Assembly: GCA_964016885.1 (NCBI GenBank) | Contig: OZ024744.1 | Location: 51,522,001 to 51,586,000, forward strand | Length of the DNA stretch: 64,000 nucleotides | Reading direction: 5' to 3' | Source of the DNA: Eledone cirrhosa | Lineage: Eukaryota | Shown: positions 11,014 to 22,727 of the stretch, one piece after another | Layout: each line of letters begins with the position of its first letter | Numbering within the stretch: position 1 is the stretch's first letter | Position numbers and translations under genes: made by a program | The notes under the pieces: model-generated | Databases searched by the model: none | Seen by the model: the letters and a program-made list of their open reading frames with translations, nothing else | Told to the model about the DNA's origin: nothing

Positions 11014-11273
11014 TTTCTTTATTAACCACAAGGGTTTACATAAAGTAGACATTAAGGACAGTGCAGGACAATGCAGGACGGTACAAATGGGCATTTCTGC
11101 GTGTAAAAAAACAAAAACAGAGGATGTAACAAAAATAACAATGAAAATAACAATGAAAAATTCCCCAATAGGGGGGAGACTTCGGAGGGACATTTGTGGA
11201 GAAAGCCCAGTAAAAAGCCACAATGACCCTGACCACCAAGGCAAGTGCCCTCTCCCAGTTTTCCACCTTTACT

Positions 11274-14200
11274 TTACAGATATATACTCAGAGTCGGCCC
11301 ATTCACTCGGGCCATTCTTGCTTCTCTCACCCATCTTTCAACAAAATGCTGGGAAGAGAGCACTTCCTTCTCTACTCTGATTTTCCTTTTCAAATGAAAT
11401 TTGAAAAAGTCAATCAGAGCATCACCGAAGAGGTAAGTGCTCGTCTTCAGCCCTTTCAAACGTGTCCACCATACTATCTCTTTCGCCATGGCCACCAGAC
11501 AGATAAAAACTGCCTGCCCTTCCCGGCTAAAGGAGGAGGGCGGGGCAATCCTCACGATAGACTCAGATGATAGCTGGATCCGTCCTAAACGCGACAGCAG
11601 GTGTTCGACATAAACCCACAAGTCAGCAATTTTCGGACACTGGACGAGTGCGTGCAGGACGGTTTCGTCGCCCTGCGCGCATCTCGGACATGCCCGGCTG
11701 ACGGCACCTCCATGCCTGTAGAGTTTATCCCGAACTGGCAAGGCTCCTCGGTAGCACTGCCAGGCCAGAGATTTCTGGAAGTTGTCCATAGGCCCTGGCC
11801 CGAAAGTTCTTCCGAAGAGATTGGCTAGTTGATTTTCGTCGACGCCTAGAGTTTCCCCAAGTACGTCGTCGCTCTTCCCCTCCACTAATCCTCTATAGAA
11901 CGCCGAGGTGGAGTTTCCACCGATCACATTGCCCGATTGGTCGAGGGCTGTGAGCGCCTGAAGACATTCCAGTCTCCAGGCGCTCCCTCTCGGTCTTCGC
12001 TTGACCCAGGACTGCAGCTCCGTCAAGGAAACGAGCTGGGGAAAAACGCGTCTAGCAAACGGCGACCACACCTGATCACCGTCGAGGAAGAGGTGGAGAT
12101 GTCGTAGCCTGAGCGCGTGCCTGCGCATCATCAGCCACGGCATGCCCAGCCCTCCACGTAGCGGGTGTTGACAACAGATGGACCGCCTGACCATCGGAGC
12201 ACGTCCCTTCCACAAAAAGCGAAAGAGCAAACGCTCCAGCGCAGTCAGGCGAGGCTTAGGACAAGGTACGACGGTTAGGCGGTAGCAGATGACAGACGCG
12301 ATGTACGCGTTAGCCACCTCCGCTCGACCTTTCAGGGATAGCTTCCTCTCCGCCCATTTCTGGGTGAGAGAAGCCACCCTGCTCGTCACCTCGTCCCAGT
12401 TTTTGTCCGTCTGGAGGTCCGGACCGAACCAGACCCCTAGCAATTTAACCGGTCCGTCCGTCCAGCGCCCGACGACGCTGTTGGACGGCATGGACCTGCC
12501 TCTCCAGGTGCCGAGCTGCAGGCCCACTGACTTTTCCTGGTTGATCATTGCTCCTGTCACCGCTTCGTATTCTCTTAGTGTAGTGCCGATCGCCTCGATG
12601 TGTTTGGCGTTCGACACCACTACGGTGACATCGTCCGCATATGCTGACACGGATCTTCCGCATCCTAGTTCGCGCGGGACTCCCCTCAACGTCTCCAGTT
12701 TGTGCAGTAATGGCTCGAGAGTCAATACGTACAAGAGGGACGAGAGGGGACATCCTTGGCGGACCGAGCGCATGATGTTGAACGGTTCCGACAGGTGACC
12801 GTTCACTCTCACCACAGAGCAGATGTCGCTGTGCATGGCAGCGATCCAGCCTCTGAAGACGGGCCCAAAGCCAGCCGCCCTCAGGACTGCCGCTAGGTAA
12901 CGATGGTCGACCCTATCGAAAGCTTTCGACTGATCTAAATTGATCAAGGACCCACCCGTGCCAGGTTCCCTAGCTACCCTCTCTACGATGTATCGCATGA
13001 GGTGGAGGTTGTCGTGGATGGATCTGTCGGGAATGGCGCATGTCTGCGCCTCTCCCACCAGACCACCAACGACAAGCGCCAACCTCTTTGCTAGCACCTT
13101 GGCCAAAATCTTAAACTCTGTGTTTAGCAGAGTTATGGGCCGGAAATTGTCTATGTTATCCCCCTTGTTCGGATCCTTTCTCAGCAGTGCCACCGCTCCT
13201 CGGCTCACAGAACTGGGAATTCTCCCGTTCTGTTGCCAGTTGCAGTAGACGTCCGCCAAGAGGCCTCCGAACAAGTCTGGCATCTGTACGTAAAGTTCAT
13301 AGGGCAGACCATCCAAACCAGGCGATTTACCCCTTGTGCAGCCAGTCATTGCCTCCCGTACTTCAGCGGCTGTTATCGGCTTTTCGCAACACTTCGCCTC
13401 AGTGGCCGAGAGCCGCGGCCGTCCGTCGAGGTAGACACTAAAGTCCATCCCTCTACCCGGCCCCCCGCTGCCCCCGAACAGCTGAGTGAAGTGTCGCTGA
13501 AAAGCTTCACACATTTGCCCGGGATCGAGTAGCATGCGCCCGTCGTGGTCCACCAAAGACCGGATCGTGGCTTTGTTGCCACGACGCGCCTCCGCCACTC
13601 GGGCCCATTGAACGGCTTTCGTCCCCTCGTGTCTGAGAGCACGCACCCTAGCTCTGACAACGCAGCCTTCGTGCTTTGCATTGAAGAATTGGTCAAGGGC
13701 CAATTTCGCCGCAAGCACGTCGGTCGCAATGCCTTTGCTAAGCGCCTCGTCTAATTTTCTAACTAGTTCTCCCTCTGCTCTATTTTTCTCTATTGCTAAA
13801 GCCTTACTAAACCTAATCGATTCTATTCTAATCGCTCTTTTCAGAGCAAACCACCACTTGTTGTTGACGATGGCCCCCGTCAACGCCCGCTTAACTAGTT
13901 CGCTAATCCGGTCTCTGTAGGCCTTGCGCGCTGGTAAGGACGCGTTTAGCTTCCAGTAGCCGGGTCCTCGTCTATGAAGCCTATCTAAGTCAAGCACACA
14001 GGTCACGAATTTGTGGTCCGTGTAGCTGACTATCTTGAATTGTGGACAGCCTATGCTAGACCTATCTATTTCCCTACAAAATACTCTATCTAGATATGAT
14101 CTGGATGACCCTATGCGGTTTGTCCAAGTCCACATTGGCACATTCGGGAAATCCAATCGGTACCTGTCAGACAGTTCAAAACGCCTGAGCAGGTTGGTGA

Positions 14201-14693
14201 GGCTCTTGCACCCTCCACCCCTATCCGCTAATCCCACACAGTCCCAGCGTGCATCTAAGATCCCGTTCCAGTCGCCCACTAACACTAAAGAGCGGGACGT
14301 TCCAAGAAAGGTCTCCAGACGCCGGAAGAAATCAGGCCGCCCTGCTCCTGTCGGGGCATAGACGGCCACTAGCCTGAAAGCTTGCCCGTCTCCGCTGGTC
14401 ACGTCCAGCACCACCAGCTTACCCTCTGGGTCCAGGAAGATGGCCCGTATGGCGAGATCCAAACCTCTCCGAAAAAGCACAGCAACTCCTCCACCCGATC
14501 CAGGACGGCTGGGAGATGCGTACACATCGTAGCCGCCGAAGATCGGTGCGAAGGCCCGTGCTTCGGAGATTCTGGTCTCGCTGATGGCCACTACATCTAT
14601 GTTTAGTGACCTGAGGTCGTTGAGCAGGTGACCCTGCTTCCATGACGACCCCAAGCCACGCGCATTTATGCTGCCTATTCTGAGTGAGGTCAT
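11274..14693 (-). CDS. ORF2 APE-RT of Tx1 copy 2 (1139 aa)
   Basis: Intact ORF with the same motifs as copy 1 and a few amino-acid differences. Confidence 0.96.
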   Translation of the reverse strand: MTSLRIGSINARGLGSSWKQGHLLNDLRSLNIDVVAISETRISEARAFAPIFGGYDVYASPSRPGSGGGVAVLFRRGLDLAIRAIFLDPEGKLVVLDVTSGDGQAFRLVAVYAPTGAGRPDFFRRLETFLGTSRSLVLVGDWNGILDARWDCVGLADRGGGCKSLTNLLRRFELSDRYRLDFPNVPMWTWTNRIGSSRSYLDRVFCREIDRSSIGCPQFKIVSYTDHKFVTCVLDLDRLHRRGPGYWKLNASLPARKAYRDRISELVKRALTGAIVNNKWWFALKRAIRIESIRFSKALAIEKNRAEGELVRKLDEALSKGIATDVLAAKLALDQFFNAKHEGCVVRARVRALRHEGTKAVQWARVAEARRGNKATIRSLVDHDGRMLLDPGQMCEAFQRHFTQLFGGSGGPGRGMDFSVYLDGRPRLSATEAKCCEKPITAAEVREAMTGCTRGKSPGLDGLPYELYVQMPDLFGGLLADVYCNWQQNGRIPSSVSRGAVALLRKDPNKGDNIDNFRPITLLNTEFKILAKVLAKRLALVVGGLVGEAQTCAIPDRSIHDNLHLMRYIVERVAREPGTGGSLINLDQSKAFDRVDHRYLAAVLRAAGFGPVFRGWIAAMHSDICSVVRVNGHLSEPFNIMRSVRQGCPLSSLLYVLTLEPLLHKLETLRGVPRELGCGRSVSAYADDVTVVVSNAKHIEAIGTTLREYEAVTGAMINQEKSVGLQLGTWRGRSMPSNSVVGRWTDGPVKLLGVWFGPDLQTDKNWDEVTSRVASLTQKWAERKLSLKGRAEVANAYIASVICYRLTVVPCPKPRLTALERLLFRFLWKGRAPMVRRSICCQHPLRGGLGMPWLMMRRHALRLRHLHLFLDGDQVWSPFARRVFPQLVSLTELQSWVKRRPRGSAWRLECLQALTALDQSGNVIGGNSTSAFYRGLVEGKSDDVLGETLGVDENQLANLFGRTFGPGPMDNFQKSLAWQCYRGALPVRDKLYRHGGAVSRACPRCAQGDETVLHALVQCPKIADLWVYVEHLLSRLGRIQLSSESIVRIAPPSSFSREGQAVFICLVAMAKEIVWWTRLKGLKTSTYLFGDALIDFFKFHLKRKIRVEKEVLSSQHFVERWVREARMARVNGPTLSIYL

Positions 14694-14728
14694 GTTTAAA
14701 ATAGAGTGGAAAAGATGGGAAAGACCAC

Positions 14729-16825
14729 TTACCGTACTTTTGGTAGAGGAGGGATGGTTTTTACATCCCTTTTCACTTGATCGTCTGGTGAAGGGACCGT
14801 TGAATCGTCCCTTCGGCTGGTCGTCGGCTCTTCTAAGAGAATGTCTGAATATACTCTTCGATTAATGGTTCCTCCTAGGTCCCTGAAATCACCAACTGCG
14901 TTGGGGAATTTCGTTTTAATGTTTGTGTATTGTTTCTGTGCTATTTTTAGCAGTCTTATGTTAGTTGGCGTTTTGATTGGTGCTGGTATTATGTAGTCCT
15001 GTTGTGAAATGTCTGTGTGTTCAATTATGTAAGTCATTAGTTTCTTGTTGTGTGTGTTTATTGCCGTGCATTTGTTTTTCTGGGAGTGGGGTGTGGTTCT
15101 GCTATTTTCTTGTCGTTGTTGCTGGGTGTGTGTGTTTTGTTGTTGTGTTTGCGATGTTGGTGCTTGTGGTGGTGGTGTTGAAGGTGTTGTTGGCGGTGGG
15201 GTTGTCGCCGGTGGTGATGGTGGTGCTGGTGTGGGTGGTGATGGTGTTGGTGGTGTTGCTGCTGTGGGTCTCTTTGCAGTAGACTTTACCCTTTTCTCAT
15301 TTCTTTCCTCACTTTTCAAAGGCGACGATGCGCTGCTTCTGCGTTTGTGCCTTCTTGCGACCTTTTGCCATCTCTCTCCCACCTCACACTCCATGTCTGA
15401 TTCTGTGAGGTCGGGGAGGGGTACCAGCTCCACTCTTTCACTTGTTGTTGTTGGTGATGTTTGCACTGGAGTCTCTGTTGCAGCTGCATTTGGTATTGCT
15501 GTTGTTGTTGTTAGTATTTCCACTGCTGCTGCTGTTTTTGATTTCCGTGGAGTGGGTATGGGTGCCACGGGCCTATCGTTCCTGGTTGCCGCTTGTCCTG
15601 TTGCTGGTAGCCGTGGAGCCGGATTCGGAAGGAGGGGGGTTTTCTCCTTTCTCAGGGTCTTCTCGTTGCAGAAGGCCCTGAGGTGAGTCTTCGATCCACA
15701 GCGAAAGCATTTCGGGCGTTTGCCCTCAACACTTATGGGCAGTTGAGTGCCGTTATCGAAGTCTATCACATCCGGGATAGCTTCGATGCACTCCTGGTTG
15801 GTTTGGATTAGCATCTCAATGGAGGAGCCGACCCAATCTTCTCTTACTTTTTTCTGTACTTGCAGTACAGTTGTTTTGTCCTCGATTCCGACGAGGACAG
15901 ACGCGGCCAGCCAAGAAGGGGTCATTCCGGGGGGGACGTGGGTCAGTTTGACCCTCACAATTTTTTGCCCGCAGTAGGAGGGCACCAACACCATTTCCTC
16001 GCTCCTTAGGGTCACTACTGATTGGGCCTTTGCCTCCTGGGGTGTGGCAAAAAGTACGTCTACGGTGGCATATTTTTTGCCTCGGGTGATGTGCGTTTTC
16101 CGCTGCCACACAGACCCCAAGGCTTTTTGTATTTGGGCCTCTGTGGCTCTTTCCACCCTACGGGATTTTGTACTTACTGTACGGTACGTGACCGTACAGT
16201 GCTCTTGGGTTTCGAAAAAATTTTTCGCTGCCTTGCAGATTGCTCGGTGTCCGTTCTTTGTCACCATCTTCTTCGCTTCCTCTAATTCCTCATTTGTTAT
16301 GAGGATTGTTTCCAAATTTTTCGCAATACCTGCAAATGAGATTGGTTTTTCTCTGCTGTTGTTGTTGTCGTCAGAGCTGCTGGTACTTTTGTTGTTGCTG
16401 CAGGTACTACGACTACTGCCTCCGCCGCTGTTGCTGTGGTTGTTGTTGGTGTTGCTGCTGCTAATGCTGTTGTTGTTTATGCTGCTGGTGATGCTGTTGC
16501 GGCTGCTACTGTTGTTTTCATTGTCACTGTTGCTGTTGTTATTACGGCTGCTACTGCTATTATTCCTGACGTCAGACGAATGAACTGGGTTTTCGTATTT
16601 CCCGCACACCTGTTTCGTCGCTGTCGTCGTCGTCGTGGAGAAACCTTGCACGCTTTGCACGAGACTTTTCTTTTCTTTCGTCGCTTGCGAAAGAGAAGGG
16701 AGGGAGAGAGACACATTTAAAGAAGGGAGGGAGAGAGACAATCTTCTCTCTGCTGTAGTGATGATTGAGGAAGAAGAAGACGGAATGAGTGGGAGTGACG
16801 TATGAAATTTCTTTTTGGTAGCCAT
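14729..16825 (-). CDS. ORF1 (CCHC zinc knuckle) of Tx1 copy 2
   Basis: Intact ORF containing CFRCGSKTHLRAFC. Confidence 0.9.
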   Translation of the reverse strand: MATKKKFHTSLPLIPSSSSSIITTAERRLSLSLPSLNVSLSLPSLSQATKEKKSLVQSVQGFSTTTTTATKQVCGKYENPVHSSDVRNNSSSSRNNNSNSDNENNSSSRNSITSSINNNSISSSNTNNNHSNSGGGSSRSTCSNNKSTSSSDDNNNSREKPISFAGIAKNLETILITNEELEEAKKMVTKNGHRAICKAAKNFFETQEHCTVTYRTVSTKSRRVERATEAQIQKALGSVWQRKTHITRGKKYATVDVLFATPQEAKAQSVVTLRSEEMVLVPSYCGQKIVRVKLTHVPPGMTPSWLAASVLVGIEDKTTVLQVQKKVREDWVGSSIEMLIQTNQECIEAIPDVIDFDNGTQLPISVEGKRPKCFRCGSKTHLRAFCNEKTLRKEKTPLLPNPAPRLPATGQAATRNDRPVAPIPTPRKSKTAAAVEILTTTTAIPNAAATETPVQTSPTTTSERVELVPLPDLTESDMECEVGERWQKVARRHKRRSSASSPLKSEERNEKRVKSTAKRPTAATPPTPSPPTPAPPSPPATTPPPTTPSTPPPQAPTSQTQQQNTHTQQQRQENSRTTPHSQKNKCTAINTHNKKLMTYIIEHTDISQQDYIIPAPIKTPTNIRLLKIAQKQYTNIKTKFPNAVGDFRDLGGTINRRVYSDILLEEPTTSRRDDSTVPSPDDQVKRDVKTIPPLPKVR

Positions 16826-17065
16826 GTTTTTTTGTTTAAAATGAAATTTTGGGTACAAAACCCCAATAACTGGTTATTTAACCCCGAAGGGCCAAATAAC
16901 GGACAGAAAGACCCCTCTCACGAGGAGGAGGGTGTCTTTATCAACAATTTGGTTCAAGTTTTAAACAATTTACAATTGTTTTAACGGTTAAAAATTACTA
17001 TACCTTACAGAGCCGAGCCTCCGTCAACCATGGCATTCAATAATAATAATAATAATAATAATAAT

Positions 17066-20000
17066 GATTTCATTTATTAGCCACAAGGGCCGATATGTAG
17101 AGGACAATACAAAGACAGGGACAGTGGGGGTTTACAATAAGGTTGAGTAAAAGTGCACAATGGCAAGACTAATTTAACAATGAAAATATAAAAATATAAA
17201 ATAAACTATGCATAAATATAACAAAATAAATTCCCCGATAGGGGGTGGACGATCCTGGAGTGATTCGGGTACCCCACCAATCCTGAACCACCCTGCGCTT
17301 CTAGGGCACCCAGGGAGAGCACAACTATCCTCAAGTTAGCCAGCCTATAGGCGCATGGTCAGAGTAGGCCCATTCACACGAGCCATTCTCGCCACATTCA
17401 CCCACCTTTTAGCAAATGCACTGGGGGGGGGGGGGCACTTCTCTCTCCACCCTCACCTTCCTTTCCAGGTGAAACTTGAAGAAGTTGATGAGGGATTGGC
17501 CGAAGAGAAAAGTGTCTGTCTTTAGTCCTTTCAACCTGGTCCACCATATAATCTCTTTCGCAACTGCCACCAGACAGAGGAAAATTTCCTGCTCTTCCTG
17601 CCCTAAGGAAGGCGGTGGATCGATCTTCACTATGGACTCGGCCGATAGCCGGATTCGTTCTACACGCGACAGTAGCTGTTCGACATAACTCCACAAGTCA
17701 GTAATGCACGGACATTGGACAAGTGCGTGCAGAACGGTTTCGTCGTTCTGTGCGCATCTTGGGCAGGTCCGTCTGACAGCACTTCCGTGCCTGTAGAGTT
17801 TATCCCGAACCGGCAGTGCCCCCCGGTAGCACTGCCAAGCGAGGGATTTCTGGAAATTGTCCATCGTCCCCGGCTCAAAAGTCCTCCGGTACAGACTGGT
17901 CAGTTCGACTTCGTCGAGGCCCAAAGCTTCTCCGAGTGCGTCATCGCACTTGCCTACCACTAATCCTCTATAGAACTCGCGAGTGGAAGTTCCACTGATC
18001 GCATTGCCCGCTTGGTAGAGGGCAGAGAGTGCCTGGCAACATTCCAGGTGCCAGTCACCCAGTCTCGGTCTCTTCTTGACCCAGGACTGCAGCTCAGTTC
18101 AAGAAATGAGCTGCGAAAAGGCCCGTCTGATAAACGGCGACCACACCTGTTCACCGTTGAGGCAGAATATCTGGAGATGTCGCAGCCTCAACGCATGTCT
18201 GCGCATCATTAGCCACGGCATGCCCAGCCCTCCGCGTAGAGGGTGCTGGCAGCAGATGGACCGCCTCACCAACGGAACTTGTCCCCTCCACAAGAATTTG
18301 AAGAGGAGCCGTTCCAGCTTGACGAGGCGCGGATGGGGGCAAGGCACGACGGTTAGGCGGTAGTAGATGACGGACGCGATATACGCATTCGCCACCTCCG
18401 CGCGACCTTTCAGTGATAGCTTCCTCCCAGCCCATTTTTGGGTGAAACTGGCTACTCTGCTCGTTACCTCGTCCCAATACTTTTCCACCTGGAGGTCTGG
18501 TCCGAACCAAACCCCGAGCAACTTTACCGGTCCGTCCGTCCAGCGCCCCACGACGCTGTTGTACGGCATGGGCTTGCCTCTCCAGGTTCCGAGCTGCAAG
18601 CCCACCGACTTTTTCGGGTTAAGTTTGGCTCCTGTCAACCTTTCATATTCCTTCAATAAGGTGCTTACCACCTCGATTTCTGAGGTGTTCGACACCATCA
18701 CGGTGATGTCGTCCGCATAAGCCGACACCGCCCTTCCACGTCCCGGTTCGAGCGGGATGCCCTGCAACAGCTCCAGCTTCTGCAGTAAAGACTCGAGTGT
18801 CAATACGTACAGAAGGGAAGAGAGAGGGCACCCTTGACGGACCGATCGGGAGAGCCGAAATGGTTCTGAGAGGTGGCCATTAACCTTAACCACCGAACAT
18901 GTGTCGCTGTGCATTGCAACGATCCAGCTTCTAAAGACAGGGCCGAAGCCAGCTGCTTTGAGGACAAACTCCAGATACCGATGCTCGACCCTATCGAATA
19001 CTTTCGATTGATCTAAATTGATCAGAGCCCCACCGAAGCCAGGTTTACACCCTACCCTCTCTATGATGTATCGCATGAGGTGGAGATTGTCGTGTATGGA
19101 CCTGGCTGGGATTGCGCAAGTTTGCGCCTCCCCAACCAAATCCTCGACGACAAGCGCCAATCTCTTTGTTAACACCTTGGCCAAAATCTTAAACTCTGTG
19201 TTGAGCAGAGTTATGGGCCTGAAGTTGTCTAATGTATCCCTCTTGTTCTCGTCTTTCCTTCTGCTCACAGAACTGGGAATACTCCCATTCTGCCAGGTGA
19301 CTTGCGCCTCATGCAGCCGACAAGGGCGTCCTGAATTTCGGCTGAAGTAATCGGCCTTTCGCAGCGCTCAGCGTCGACCGTCGAGATGCGCTGCAAGCCG
19401 TCAAGGTAGGGACTGAAATCCGCTACTCTCTCTGACTCGCCACTCTCTCTGAACAACCGAGCAAAGTGCTGGCGAAAGGTCTCACACATCCGCTTGGAAT
19501 CGCTTATCTCGTGTCCGTCTCGGTCCGCCAAAGACCGAATTGTGGTTTTATTACCACGCTGCGCCTCCACCACGCGGGCCCATCGAACAGCTTTAGTTCC
19601 CTCGTTTCTCAGCGCACGCGCCTTAGCTCTGACAATGCAACCTTCGTGTTTGGCATTGAAGAAATGGTCTAATGCCATTCTCGCCGCTAGCACGTCAGTT
19701 GCGATGCCACTACAAATAGCCTCGTCTAACTTATCTACCAGCTCCCCCCTCCTTTCTATTTTTTCTCTAACGCTAGTTCTTTGCTGAACTCTATCGAAAT
19801 TACTCTAATCTCTCTTGTGAGAGCCACCCACCATCTGTTGTTGATGATCCCCACTGTCAACTTTTTCTTAACTAAATTGTTGACTCGGTCTCTGTAAGCC
19901 TTACATGCCGGAAATGACATGTTCAGCTTCGAGTAACCCGGTCTTAACCTACGCGTTTTATTTAGGTCGACCGTACAGATCACAAATTTGTGATCTGAAT

Positions 20001-20442
20001 AGGCGACCGTTTTAAAAAGTGCACAGCCCACACTATTTCTATCTATTTTCCTAATGAAGATCCTGTCTTTATACGATCTAGATGACCCCATTCGGTTGGT
20101 CCATGTCCATACTGGCACATTGGGGAAATCTAGTCGATAGCTGTCAGACAGTTGGAACTGGCTGAGTAGGTGCTTGAGGCTTTTGCACCCCCCGCTCCTA
20201 TCGGCTACTCCCACACAATCCCAGCGTGCGTCTAAGATGCCATTCCAGTCCCCCGCTAACAGTAAAGGGCGAGACGTACCCAGAAAGGTCTCCAGGCGCC
20301 TAAAGAAGTCAGGTCGTCCGGCCCCTGTAGGGGCGTAGACGGCCAGCAGTCTAAAGGCACCACCTTCGCTACTGCTCACATCCAAGACCACCAACTTACC
20401 GTTCGGGTCCCGGAAGATCGACCTTACCTCGAGATCCAGTCC
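17066..20442 (-). pseudogene. Decayed Tx1 family B, duplicated copy
   Basis: Translations identical to 6198-9574. Confidence 0.93.
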
Positions 20443-20470
20443 TAATAATGATAATAATAATAATAATAAT

Positions 20471-20652
20471 TGTTTCTACTTTAGGCATAAGGCCAGCAAT
20501 TACCCAGTGCATTACTGGTACTTTATTTTATCGACTCCGTAAGTATGAAAGGCAAAGTCAACCTCGGCGGGATTTGAACTCAGATCGTAAAGGGACGTAA
20601 CTATGCTGGAAAGCATGGCGTCCGACGCTCTACCGATACTGCCAATCCACCG
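20471..20652 (-). mobile_element. tRNA-derived SINE, duplicated copy
   Basis: Matches 9603-9784. Confidence 0.9.
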
Positions 20653-20661
20653 TAATAATAA

Positions 20662-21687
20662 TAACAAGAGGAGTGATATCGATAGACTCTACTTAAAGAG
20701 ATCTGAAGGTGGAAGAGGTCTTATCAGCATAGAGGACTGTGTTCAGATGGAGAAAAACAACCTACACAAATACGTGAATTGTACTGAAGGAGAGGACAAT
20801 AGACCAGGGGATGTCCAAGGAGGAAATAATAAGGAGAAAGAGCAGCCTTCATGAAAAATCCCTTCATAGTGCCTTCTTTGAGAAAACTGAATTTAGAGAT
20901 CCACAGACATGGAACTGGTTGAAAAGAGGAGACCTTAAAAAGACTATAGAAGGAATGCTAATGGCTGCGCAAGAGCAGGCCCTCAAAACGAAGTGGCTGA
21001 AACACCATATTTACAAGGAGGAGGCTAGCCCATTGTGCAAGATCTGTGGAGAGAGAGAGAGGAGACTGTGGCTCACATTGTATCCGAGTGTAAACACCTA
21101 GCCCAGACTGACTATAAGGGCTGGAGACATGATGTTATGGGCAGGGTGATCCACTGGCACCTATGCAAAGTAAACAATTTACCACATTCTGAGAAGTGGT
21201 ATGAGCATAAGCCAGAGTCGGTGATAGAAAACGATCAGGTGAAGGTGCTGTGGGATTTTAGGATACAGACGGACAAGAAACTGGAACACAATAGACCTGA
21301 CCTGGTGGTTTTGGACAAAGAAAAAAGATCGTGCCTGATTGTGGATGTGGCCTGCCCATTCGATACGAGAGTGCAAGAGAAGGAGAGGGAGAAAATTAAC
21401 CGATACCAGGACTTAAAGTGAGAGGTAAAAAGGATTTGGAACTGCCATGAAGTCAAAGTGGTCCCGATTGTCATAGGCGCACTAGGGACTATCTCAAAAA
21501 AGTTTCCAGGGATGGTTAAAGAAAATTGGCCCCTTCACGCTTTTTGGAACGCTTCAAAAGGCATGCTTGCTGGGAACAGCAAGAACCCTCCGATACGTCC
21601 TGAATATCTGAGGCTGCAGGTAGTGGCTTGATATTCATTTCAACAAATTTTCCAGTTAACTAACATCAATGACTGGGACTCAAAGAG
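20662..21687 (+). pseudogene. R4/Dong-like 3' fragment, duplicated copy
   Basis: Matches 9794-10819. Confidence 0.88.
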
Positions 21688-21839
21688 TAATAACAATAAT
21701 AATAATAATAATAACATTGCAACGCTTCGCTACTCCTCTTCTCCATCATCACGACATTCTTCGTCAATATTTGACGATGCCTTGCAGAAATTCCACCAAC
21801 AAATTGATATCGTCATTCATTCAGCGCAAGTCTTCTTTC

Positions 21840-21840
<1 letters not shown>

Positions 21841-21915
<75 letters not shown>

Positions 21916-21966
21916 TGTTTCTACTTTAGGCACAAGGCCAGCAATTACCCAGTGCATTACTGGTAA
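21841..21966 (-). mobile_element. Long (AAT)n tract plus SINE 3' tail fragment
   Basis: TGTTTCTACTTTAGGCACAAGGCCAGC follows about 25 AAT units. Confidence 0.8.
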
Positions 21967-21971
21967 ATAAT

Positions 21972-22708
21972 AAGGAATGCTAATGGCTGCGCAGGAGCAG
22001 GCCCTCAAAACGAAGTGGTTGAAGCACCATATTTACAAGGAGGAGGCTAGCCCACTGTGCAGGATCTGTGGAGAGAGAGAGAGGAGACTGTGGCTCACAT
22101 TGTGTCCGAGTGTAAACACCTAGCCCAGACCCACTATAAGGGCTGGAGACACGATGTGATGGGCAGGGTGATCCACTGGCACCTGTGCAAAGTAAACAAT
22201 TTACCACATTCTGAGAAATGGTATGAGCATAGGCCAGAGGCGGTGATGGAGAACAATCAGGTGAAGGTGCTGTGGGATTTTAGGATACAGACGGACAAAA
22301 AACTGGAACACAATAGACCTGACCTGGTGGTTGTGGACAAAGAAAAAAGATCGTGTCTGATTGTGGATGTGGCCTGCCCGTTCGACACGAGAGTGCAAGA
22401 GAAGGAGAGGGAGAAAATTAACCGATACCAGGACCTAAAGTGGGAGGTGAAAAGGATTTGGAACTGCCATGAAGTCAAAGTGATCCCGATTGTCATAGGC
22501 GCACTGGGGACTATCTCCAAAAGTTTCCAGGGATGGTTAAAGAAAATCGGCCCCTTCACGCTTTTTGGAACGCTTCAAAAGGCATGCTTGCTTGGAACAG
22601 CAAGAACCCTCCGATACGTCCTGAATATCTGAGGCTGCAGGTAGTGGCTTGATATTCAATCCAACGGACTTTCCAGTTAACCAACATCAATGACTGAGAT
22701 TCAAGGAA
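21972..22708 (+). pseudogene. Independent 5'-truncated R4/Dong-like copy with an open RLE domain
   Basis: ORF 22057-22632 is open through LLGTARTLRYVLNI*; differs from the 9794 copy by many substitutions; TAA/AAC tail. Confidence 0.88.
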
Positions 22709-22727
22709 TAACAACAATAATAATAAT

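Larger units (their letters stand above)
11012..17038 (-). mobile_element. Full-length Tx1 family A, copy 2
   Basis: Same architecture as copy 1 with scattered substitutions; (AAT)n on both sides. Confidence 0.95.
144..21840. repeat. Tandem duplication with a 10,868-bp period (Tx1-A, Tx1-B, SINE, R4/Dong fragment, 125-bp unknown segment)
   Basis: All ORFs recur at +10868 (406 to 11274, 7231 to 18099, 10167 to 21035). Confidence 0.97.

Noticed and set aside
144-11300. LTRs flanking an LTR retrotransposon
   Set aside because: The direct repeats are 3' ends of separate non-LTR copies; there is no integrase, protease or primer-binding site
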